This document shows, piece after piece, positions 35,960 to 44,199 of a stretch of 54,321 nt of DNA. The notes beneath the pieces are model-generated. The model was given only the letters and a program-made list of their open reading frames with translations. It did no database searches and had not been told where the DNA came from. A program made the position numbers and the translations under genes. The stretch comes from a virus (lineage: Duplodnaviria; Caudoviricetes), in the IMG/VR virus record IMGVR_UViG_3300036985_004801, positions 1 to 54,321 of that record; one strand, written 5' to 3'. Position 1 is the first letter of the stretch; every line of letters begins with the position of its first letter.

Positions 35960-37003
35960 ATGTGTGAATGTAAAGATAAAAGTTGCTGCAAACATGCAGA
36001 AATAAAATTAAAAGGACCAAGAGGATATACAGGACCAATAGGACCACAAGGAACTGTTGGACCACAAGGTGTTCAGGGTCTACAAGGATTGAATGGCCCA
36101 ACTGGACCAACAGGTATGACAGGTCCGTCTGGCTCAGCAGGTGCGGCAGGTGCTCCGGGTGCAACAGGTGCTCAAGGTGTAGCAGGTATTCCAACTACAA
36201 TACAAGACACAACTACAATTGATCTTGATTATACAGGTGGAATATTAACAGCTGTAGTTCAAGATACTGGATGGGTAGATCTTTTAGGTTTTACTTATTA
36301 TGGAGCTCAAACTGTTAAACCACAATGTAGAAGAATTGGAAATCAAATACATTTTAGAGGTTCTGCTGTTGTTCCATTAGCAAATCCAGCTACACCTACG
36401 GTAGTTGTACCGTTTACATCAACAAGTGCGTATAATGGTATTTCTGGTTGTAAAACTTTTAGTGGAACAGGTGGATGCCTCATTAATTCTAATGGTTCAA
36501 TTGTATTTAATAATGATACTTCGGTTATACCTTTAAGTGTATTAAATGCTCCTACTCTACTTGATGGAAGTTATACTAAGACTAATCATATAGGAACAAG
36601 ACCAATTGATATTGATGCCACTGATGGTACTTCATTATCTGCTAATTTTACTGTAGTTATAACATCAGCTAAAAAATTAGTAATTGGCACTCTAAAAGAT
36701 CAAGAACTTACAGCTAGTAGTGCTTCTACAAATAATATAGGTACTTCTTCTTTACGTTTTATTACAAGTACAATAGTAGCAGGAGATAATGTTCCTAATT
36801 ATATAAACACAAGTACTATTCATAATGCACCAAGTGGAGCAGTATATAATCTTAGTACTGATGGTAATACTGGTGTATGGCCTTTTAGTTGTGATGCAGG
36901 AAAAGAAACAGATATAGGAGGTTTTTTTATAAGTTTAGATGGGTTAACTGCATTTATTAGTCCATGTGCTACAACAATACCAACTCCAACTCCAGTTTGT
37001 TAA
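35960..37003 (+). CDS. collagen-like tail fibre protein
   Basis: Cys cap, Gly-X-Y run, DTGWVDL...CRRIGNQIHFRG fibre C-terminal domain motif. Confidence 0.8.
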   Translation: MCECKDKSCCKHAEIKLKGPRGYTGPIGPQGTVGPQGVQGLQGLNGPTGPTGMTGPSGSAGAAGAPGATGAQGVAGIPTTIQDTTTIDLDYTGGILTAVVQDTGWVDLLGFTYYGAQTVKPQCRRIGNQIHFRGSAVVPLANPATPTVVVPFTSTSAYNGISGCKTFSGTGGCLINSNGSIVFNNDTSVIPLSVLNAPTLLDGSYTKTNHIGTRPIDIDATDGTSLSANFTVVITSAKKLVIGTLKDQELTASSASTNNIGTSSLRFITSTIVAGDNVPNYINTSTIHNAPSGAVYNLSTDGNTGVWPFSCDAGKETDIGGFFISLDGLTAFISPCATTIPTPTPVC

Positions 37004-37008
37004 AAATA

Positions 37009-37070
37009 TGTCACAGAAGGTTGGTTTATGTGACTGACTAGGATAAACCCCGAAGAGATTCGGGGTTTGT
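37009..37070 (+). ncRNA. candidate 3'UTR-derived antisense small RNA (seed hairpin plus terminator)
   Basis: GTCACA/TGTGAC stem displaying GGTTGGTTT; complementary to initiation regions at 12079-12095, 20245-20263 and 23543-23565. Confidence 0.45.
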
Positions 37071-37073
37071 TTT
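37045..37073 (+). terminator. intrinsic terminator
   Basis: AAACCCCGAA-GAGA-TTCGGGGTTT followed by GTTTT. Confidence 0.85.
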
Positions 37074-37099
37074 ATTATTTAATTTGTATTTTTGATGAT

Positions 37100-37115
37100 A
37101 AATTAGTATATTATA
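37100..37115 (+). promoter_or_regulatory. phage-type motif AAATTAGTATATTATA
   Basis: Abuts ATG 37115. Confidence 0.5.
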
Positions 37116-37606
37116 TGAAAGTAGATTTAAATAAAGCAAGGGTAACAGAGATAAAAGGTAAGGTTATTGAGTATAATGAAGTTAGGGATTTTAATAAAAA
37201 GTACCCAAAGCATCATTTAAAGAAGACTGACATTGTTAAAATAATGAGAACATTCAATTCTAATATGGCTGATGAAACAATGAATAACATCTATGGTGTT
37301 CTTCTACCAGAAAATATTGGAGCTATCTTTATTAATAATGCAGGCAAGCCTAAAGGTAAACCTATTGATTATGCTAAATCTAAATTGGCTGGTAAATTAG
37401 TTTATCATAAAAATTGGGAAACAGATAATAATATAATGAGAATTGTATATGTTAATAAGACAAGAAGAACAATAATTAAAAATACTGGTCTATTTAGTTT
37501 CAATCCTTTACAGGCATTTAAAAGAAAAGCAAGTGCTTACTTTAGAAAGAGTTGGCCTAAATGCTTAACTGTAAATTATAATTCTACAATAGATATTAAA
37601 ATATAA
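37115..37606 (+). CDS. IHF/HU-like basic DNA-binding protein
   Basis: Start moved to ATG 37115; GVLLPENIGAIFI plus basic arm (PIDYAKSK); position before tail ring genes as in crAss-like phages. Confidence 0.6.
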   Translation: MKVDLNKARVTEIKGKVIEYNEVRDFNKKYPKHHLKKTDIVKIMRTFNSNMADETMNNIYGVLLPENIGAIFINNAGKPKGKPIDYAKSKLAGKLVYHKNWETDNNIMRIVYVNKTRRTIIKNTGLFSFNPLQAFKRKASAYFRKSWPKCLTVNYNSTIDIKI

Positions 37607-37609
37607 GTT

Positions 37610-38281
37610 ATGACAAGTATTAGAGAATCAATATCGCGTATAAGAAATGTATTTAAACTTGTTAGTGAAGAAGCCTTCATAACAGATAGATATATTTATA
37701 GTGTTCTTTTAAAGTATGCTAAGGCATTAATTAGAAGACAAGATAATGAAAACAAGTTAATGCAATATGACAGCTTGTTTGAAACTCTACCATTTGTTGA
37801 TCTTATTTCTATAGATAAAATTGAAGCTGATTGTGCTGGAGTAAAAACTGGTTGTAATATTATGAGAACTAAAAAGAAGTTACCTAAGATTATGACTGGT
37901 AGTGTTGGACCAATTCTTAGGAGTGTTTCTTCTATAGATGGGCAAGATATATTTCAACAATGTAAAGCAGCAGTGTATGTTGCTATGTCACAGTCTACTA
38001 ACTTTAAATATAATAAAACACATTACTTCTGGTATAAGAATGGTTATTTATACTTTCCAGATATTAATTGGGAAGCTGTTTCTATTGAAGCAATGTTTGA
38101 AGAACCTGTTGATGCTTTCTGTAATGAAAATGATGAAGATTGTACACCAGCACAAGATAGAAATTTTACTATTCCAGATTATTTATTTACTGAAATGGAA
38201 CAATTTGCACAACAAGAAATGATGACACTTGGTAAAATTCCATCAGATGCAGCAGATAATTCACAAAATATACTAAGATAA
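37610..38281 (+). CDS. tail ring/adaptor structural protein
   Basis: ITDRYIY, RTKKKLP, YFWYKNGYLY, FEEP motifs; in the tail gene block. Confidence 0.6.
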   Translation: MTSIRESISRIRNVFKLVSEEAFITDRYIYSVLLKYAKALIRRQDNENKLMQYDSLFETLPFVDLISIDKIEADCAGVKTGCNIMRTKKKLPKIMTGSVGPILRSVSSIDGQDIFQQCKAAVYVAMSQSTNFKYNKTHYFWYKNGYLYFPDINWEAVSIEAMFEEPVDAFCNENDEDCTPAQDRNFTIPDYLFTEMEQFAQQEMMTLGKIPSDAADNSQNILR

Positions 38282-38282
38282 G

Positions 38283-39236
38283 ATGCCAAATACTTTTTTA
38301 AATTACAGAACTTATGATCAGTTATTGGCAGAGATCCAGTCTGATTTTAAAAAATATTACCTTGAAGACTATATTAATCCTCAGGAGTTTATTAAGGTCG
38401 CTAAGAGATGCAATTATGAACTTGGACTAAAGATATTCAAAACCAAAGAATGTGTCTTAGACATTGAGAAAGGTAGGGCAAAACTACCTAATAACTTCAA
38501 TGTATTAAACTTTACATTTTTTTTAGCACATCATTGTATAATTGAACCAATAATTTCTGGAACACAAGTACAGAATATTGCATTAGGTCCAGTTTATAAT
38601 CCAGGTAATTGGACAGATGTGAATCTATGTTCAATGGCTGTTGCACCTAATTCTCCAAATACTCCACCAAAATCTTGTGGTGAATGTGGAAGTAAGTTTG
38701 ATAGTTGTGCATGTAAGCCAATTGGAGATGTTACTCTTAACTGTAAAGGAGAGTACATGGCATTAGTTCAGACATATAAGTTTCATACTAAAAGATGGAC
38801 AGAAATGCATTCTATCAGAATGATTAATAGTCCTGATGTTGTTGATCCTGATTGTCCAAATAAAACTTGGCAGGCACGTAACACAGCATATATTAAAAAT
38901 GGATTTATATATACCTCATTTAAAACAGGTAAACTTTATATCAATTATCAGGGTATGATGGAAGATGAGGATGGAAATTTATTAGTTCCTGATCATGATA
39001 TGTTAAATGAGTTTTATGAGTATGCAATTAAGCAAAGAGTTCTTGAAAACATGATAATGAATGGTGAACCAGTAAATCAAAGTCAGATTCAAATTATAGA
39101 AGCAAGATTAAAAGCTTCTAGGAATAATGCTTATAGTTTAGTTAATACTCCTAACTTTAGCGAATTGAGAAGAATTTGGGAGGTTAATAGAAAAGCTCAA
39201 TACCATAATTTTTACAATGCTTTTAAATCTTATTAA
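38283..39236 (+). CDS. tail tubular protein
   Basis: GRAKLPNNF...IYTSFKTGKLYINY...DEDGNLLVPD, as in crAss-like tail tubular proteins. Confidence 0.7.
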   Translation: MPNTFLNYRTYDQLLAEIQSDFKKYYLEDYINPQEFIKVAKRCNYELGLKIFKTKECVLDIEKGRAKLPNNFNVLNFTFFLAHHCIIEPIISGTQVQNIALGPVYNPGNWTDVNLCSMAVAPNSPNTPPKSCGECGSKFDSCACKPIGDVTLNCKGEYMALVQTYKFHTKRWTEMHSIRMINSPDVVDPDCPNKTWQARNTAYIKNGFIYTSFKTGKLYINYQGMMEDEDGNLLVPDHDMLNEFYEYAIKQRVLENMIMNGEPVNQSQIQIIEARLKASRNNAYSLVNTPNFSELRRIWEVNRKAQYHNFYNAFKSY

Positions 39237-39238
39237 TT

Positions 39239-42200
39239 ATGGCAAAGCAAAGAAGAGGAGCAGGCAATCAAGATGTTAAAACAACAGGTACTTTTGATAA
39301 AAGTCTTGTTACAGATACTAGTGATTTTCATTTACCAGAAAATTCATGGACCTATGCTAGGAATGCTATTAATAACACACGTAAGGGAGATATTGGTAAG
39401 TTAAGTACTGAACCTGCAAATGACTTTTGTACTTATGCACCGTATACAATTATTGGTGCTATACATATAGAAGAAGACAGATGGTTGATGTTCTCAACAA
39501 ACAATACTGATTCAGAAATTGGTATCTTTAAAGAAGGTACTTGTAATTATACTACATTAGTCAATGATAAATGTTTAAAGTTTAGTACTGATTTTTTAAT
39601 TAAAGGAATTATAAGACCAACTTATAATTGTTCTTTTAATGCTTATTGGGATGATGGAAAAAATGTATCAAGAGTATTAGATATTTCTGATGTACCATGG
39701 AAACAAATTTGTGTAACAACTGATGGATGTACTGTATGTACTGATACAACAGATCTTGATTGTGATAAACTTAGATTAGAATCTTTTATACAGACACCTT
39801 GTATTAAAATTGTTAAAGGTAAAGGAGTTGCAAGTATAGCAAATGGTACATACCAAGTACAAATAGCATATCTTGATAATCAACAAAGAGTTACAGATTA
39901 TTTTATTCCATCTAATCCTTTGTCTTTATTTGATCATACAAATATTAATAGTTCAATTGATATTTATATTTCTAATTTAGATACTAATTTTACTGATTAT
40001 AGTTTAGTTTTAATATATGTTGTAAATGAAAATACTGTTGCTAGACAAATGGGAATCTATAGTACTAGACAAAATGTTGTTACAATAGATTATATTGATC
40101 TTACTCTTCCTGTTGTTCCTTTATCCTTAATGCCGATAATAACACCAGTTCCAGATAAATCTGAAGCTATATATAATGTTGGTAGTTATGCTCTAAGAGT
40201 TGGACCAACAACAAAATTTGATTTTAATTATCAACCCTTGGCTAATCAAATAGAAACTTTTTGGCAATGTGTTGAATATAAAAATGAGTACTATAAAAAT
40301 GGTGGTACTAATATAGGATACATGCGTGATGAAGTATATCCTTTCTTTATAAGATGGGTATATAATACAGGTGATAAATCAAGTAGTTATCATATTCCAG
40401 GTAAAGCTGCAACTGACTTTTATCTTACAGATGATACTGGAGCAAATGCTGGTCTAATTGCTGAAGATGCAATATGTCCTGCTACAATAAATGATATTGA
40501 AAGTCCTGATTATATACCAAAAGTTTTTGAAGTATATAATACAGCTACATTAACTACTACTCCTAATACAATATTGCCAGATGGAGGATTATTAGTAGCA
40601 GAAGGTAAAATGGGATACTGGGAATCAGTTGAACTATATGATGATAACAATCCAATTGTTTGGAATTCAAATATAGCTGGACATCCTGAATGGAATCTGT
40701 GTGGTAAACCTATTAGACATCATAAATTTCCTGAAAATGTAATTATTTCAGGTGGATCTTCAAATACTATTACTAATCATTATAAAGATGGTGGTGATAA
40801 AATTAGAATCATGGCAGTACGTTTTGATAATGTACAACCACCAGTTGACAACAGTGGTGCTTTAATCTCTAACATTGTTGGTTATGAAATTCTAAGAGGT
40901 AACAGGACTGGAGCAAAAACTGTTTTATATAAAGGAATAATAAATAATATGTTTTCATATACAGCACCTGCTATTATAACTAATAGAACTGCATTGTATG
41001 CTAACTATCCTTTTAATGATCTAAGGCCTGATCCTTTTATTTCATCAAATCCTACACCAACTAGTTTTGAACCAGGTTCAGGAGGTTTAATTAACTATAC
41101 TCCAAATGCTGCTTATAGTAGAAAACATTTTACTTTTCATTCTCCTGATACAATGTTTGCTACACCATTTTTAGTAGATGATGAAGTAAAAATTTATGGT
41201 GCAGCATGGGGAGATAGTCAAGGTAATTATTTAGAACCTGATCATCATCCAAGACATAAGTTTATAACAGATTTATCATTTTTAGCAGGAATTATTGCAG
41301 GTATTGGTTATGCTATTTCTCAACAGTTAGGTACAAGAGATATTAAATATTCGGGGTATCAAATTGATAGTGATCCAATATTTGCAGGAGCTTCTAATTC
41401 TGCAGGAAATGTGATTCCAGCAACAACTGTATTAACTGCTGCACAAGCAGCTGCAATTAATACAGTTGGTTTACAAGGATTTGTTGATGGTTTTTCTGGA
41501 CAAAATGTAGGGGTTGCTTCAACAACTTCTGTAACACAATTGGCTCTTAGAACTGCAAGTCAAGTAGCTGCTAGTGTTCCTTCATCAGGAATAACTTCAG
41601 GTACTGTTGAAATTACTTATAAAGATCAAGATTCTAATCCTGGACCGATTAAAGTAATAATGCTTGCTTTAGGTAATCCTATATTTGTAAGTCAAATGTC
41701 TGAAGGAGCTGCTACTACAATGAAATTAATTTTATCATTGGGATCATGGCAACAATTTGCTGTACAATATCAAGCATTATGTAAATATGAAAACTTTGCT
41801 GCACCTTATGCTCATAATAGAAGAAGACGAGTTAATGATGCTAGATATTTAAAACAAGGTATTCAAGATTATCAATCTAATTATGTTATTAATCATAAGC
41901 TTAGAAATGATACAGCAATGTTTGATACTACAGTAGATATAGATGATATTACAGGAACAATTGCTGATGTATCAAGGCCGCAATTAATATCAACTCTTTC
42001 AGAAGATAATAAGTTTAATACATATTCAAGAAGAGCATCTTCTCATTATGTAGCTTTAAAAACTAGATTAAGAAATCAATATGGACAGTTGCAATCTGTA
42101 AGACAATTATTAGCATCTTCTTGTATAACTCCTATAGCATTAACTAATTCAGGTGTAATATTTGGAGGAGATATTTATATTGGTAAATATTCAGAAAAAA

Positions 42201-44152
42201 ATACATTATATTATTTTCAACAATGGTTAGATGGTGAACTTGATGGAGCTATATTTAATTACAACAAGTATAAGATGTTTGAAAATACTGCTTTTTGGAT
42301 GGACACTGATCCATTTGATTTAATGGAGTTTGTAAATAGTTTTCCAAGTGCAATTAGTAGTGCTCTTACAGGAGGTTCATTATCTTCGGTTATGGCATCA
42401 TTTGTTACTCCTTCTGATAAACATTGTTTTGATAGATTAGGTATTGCATCTAATGGAATATTCTTGTTAAAGAAAGCATACATGTATTTATTTAATTCTG
42501 GTGTTAGAGATTTCTTTGTAGAGTCAGAATTTAATGTAGATATGAGAGATTGGCAAGATATTGAATCTCAAAAACATTATCCAGTTCTTTCTAATTTAAG
42601 AACAATGTTTGGAATGAAATTGATAAGAGCTGATAACTATTATAAAATAGATAGAAGTTTATCTTGGTCATTCATGGCAAGTCAAAAAATACCTTGGGGT
42701 ATTATGCAAGATAGAGATTATAACCCTTTATTGTCTGAAAGTTGTTATACTAAATTTCCAAGAAGGTTACTTTATTCATTACCACAAAATGCAGCACAAC
42801 AAGATGTATCTTTATTAAAACAAGATAACTGGAGAATATTTTTACCAAATAATTATGCTGATTATGAAAGTAATGTAACAGCAATTAAGTCTATTGATAG
42901 AACTGCAGCATTGATTCTTTTTGAAAATCAAGCTCCTGGATTATTACCTGGGGTTGATGAATTAAAAACACAATCTGGTACAGCAGTAACAATTGGAGAT
43001 GGTAATTTGTTTGCAAGAAAATTACAACAACTTTCAAACTCAGAAACTTCTTATGAATTTGCATCTTGTCAAAGTAGATTGTCTGTATTAAATACTCCGG
43101 CTGGTGTATTCTGGATGAACTTAAATCAAGGTAAAATATTTAGTTATTCTGGTGGATTAAAAGAGATATCTTTAAAAGGAAATAAGTTTTGGTTAAATAC
43201 ATATTTACCATATAAATTACTTGAGGACTTTCCTACATTCTCTGTTACAGATAATCCTGTATCTGGAATAGGATGTCAAACAATTTATGATAATGAATAT
43301 AGTTTAATCTATTTCTGTAAGAAAGATTACAAATTAAAGAAAGACCTACCAGTTACTGTTGAGTATGTGGGTGGTTCTAAGTTTTTAATTAATGATGTTT
43401 TTATAGCAAATGCAGGAGATCCTTTATACTTTGATGATTGTTCATGGACATTAAGCTATGATCCTAAAATTCAAGAATTTGTATCATTTCATGATTGGCA
43501 TCCAGATTTATCTTTAGGTGCTAAGAATACCTTTTTAACAACTAAGGGTAATGGTATATGGAAACATAATAATATTTGTAGTTTATATTGTAACTACTAT
43601 GGTAAAGACTATCCATTTGAAGTAGAGTTTCAATTAGATAATAAGTTTGCTGTAGCTACAATGAGAAATGTAGAGTTCTATATTGAAAGTTATATATATG
43701 ATTCTAAAAATTGTTATGATAGATTTCATGTATTAGATCATGGATTTAATGAAGCTGTAGTACATAATTCAGAACAAGTATCTGGTTTGTTAAAGTTAGC
43801 AATTACTCCTAAGAATGATATACCATTACTATTAAGTTATCCTAAAGTTCAATTAGATCACATAGATATTATCTTCTCTAAAGAAGAACAACAATATAGA
43901 TTTAATCAATTCTGGGATATAACAAATGATAGAGGTGAATACAGTAATGCTGAAGAACTTATTTGGAATACAGAAGATAATGGTTATATTCGTAATCTGA
44001 ATCCAGTAAATTTAAACTATAACAAGCAAGAATTTCAAAGGAAAAAATTCAGACACTTTAATAATAGAGTAATTTTAAAAAGAACAGATAACAATAATGT
44101 TGAGATACTTGTAAGTTTAGCAGTAAGTAATCAACAATTATCTCACAGATAA
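39239..44152 (+). CDS. tail stabilisation (muzzle) protein
   Basis: 1637 aa; YARNA, GYMRDEVYPF, PIRHHKFP, FHSPD, FGGDIYI, WTLSYD..SFHDWHP motifs. Confidence 0.8.
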   Translation: MAKQRRGAGNQDVKTTGTFDKSLVTDTSDFHLPENSWTYARNAINNTRKGDIGKLSTEPANDFCTYAPYTIIGAIHIEEDRWLMFSTNNTDSEIGIFKEGTCNYTTLVNDKCLKFSTDFLIKGIIRPTYNCSFNAYWDDGKNVSRVLDISDVPWKQICVTTDGCTVCTDTTDLDCDKLRLESFIQTPCIKIVKGKGVASIANGTYQVQIAYLDNQQRVTDYFIPSNPLSLFDHTNINSSIDIYISNLDTNFTDYSLVLIYVVNENTVARQMGIYSTRQNVVTIDYIDLTLPVVPLSLMPIITPVPDKSEAIYNVGSYALRVGPTTKFDFNYQPLANQIETFWQCVEYKNEYYKNGGTNIGYMRDEVYPFFIRWVYNTGDKSSSYHIPGKAATDFYLTDDTGANAGLIAEDAICPATINDIESPDYIPKVFEVYNTATLTTTPNTILPDGGLLVAEGKMGYWESVELYDDNNPIVWNSNIAGHPEWNLCGKPIRHHKFPENVIISGGSSNTITNHYKDGGDKIRIMAVRFDNVQPPVDNSGALISNIVGYEILRGNRTGAKTVLYKGIINNMFSYTAPAIITNRTALYANYPFNDLRPDPFISSNPTPTSFEPGSGGLINYTPNAAYSRKHFTFHSPDTMFATPFLVDDEVKIYGAAWGDSQGNYLEPDHHPRHKFITDLSFLAGIIAGIGYAISQQLGTRDIKYSGYQIDSDPIFAGASNSAGNVIPATTVLTAAQAAAINTVGLQGFVDGFSGQNVGVASTTSVTQLALRTASQVAASVPSSGITSGTVEITYKDQDSNPGPIKVIMLALGNPIFVSQMSEGAATTMKLILSLGSWQQFAVQYQALCKYENFAAPYAHNRRRRVNDARYLKQGIQDYQSNYVINHKLRNDTAMFDTTVDIDDITGTIADVSRPQLISTLSEDNKFNTYSRRASSHYVALKTRLRNQYGQLQSVRQLLASSCITPIALTNSGVIFGGDIYIGKYSEKNTLYYFQQWLDGELDGAIFNYNKYKMFENTAFWMDTDPFDLMEFVNSFPSAISSALTGGSLSSVMASFVTPSDKHCFDRLGIASNGIFLLKKAYMYLFNSGVRDFFVESEFNVDMRDWQDIESQKHYPVLSNLRTMFGMKLIRADNYYKIDRSLSWSFMASQKIPWGIMQDRDYNPLLSESCYTKFPRRLLYSLPQNAAQQDVSLLKQDNWRIFLPNNYADYESNVTAIKSIDRTAALILFENQAPGLLPGVDELKTQSGTAVTIGDGNLFARKLQQLSNSETSYEFASCQSRLSVLNTPAGVFWMNLNQGKIFSYSGGLKEISLKGNKFWLNTYLPYKLLEDFPTFSVTDNPVSGIGCQTIYDNEYSLIYFCKKDYKLKKDLPVTVEYVGGSKFLINDVFIANAGDPLYFDDCSWTLSYDPKIQEFVSFHDWHPDLSLGAKNTFLTTKGNGIWKHNNICSLYCNYYGKDYPFEVEFQLDNKFAVATMRNVEFYIESYIYDSKNCYDRFHVLDHGFNEAVVHNSEQVSGLLKLAITPKNDIPLLLSYPKVQLDHIDIIFSKEEQQYRFNQFWDITNDRGEYSNAEELIWNTEDNGYIRNLNPVNLNYNKQEFQRKKFRHFNNRVILKRTDNNNVEILVSLAVSNQQLSHR

Positions 44153-44180
44153 CTATTTAATAGTTAAGATATGTAAAATT

Positions 44181-44197
44181 AATTTTGTATATTAATA
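44181..44197 (+). promoter_or_regulatory. phage-type motif AATTTTGTATATTAATA
   Basis: 2 nt before ATG 44200. Confidence 0.55.
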
Positions 44198-44199
44198 TT

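Noticed and set aside
28349-44199. Track start codons at 28349, 29021, 37067 and 44185
   Set aside because: They fall inside terminators, promoter motifs or another ORF; downstream ATGs at 28400, 29111, 37115 and 44200 fit better.
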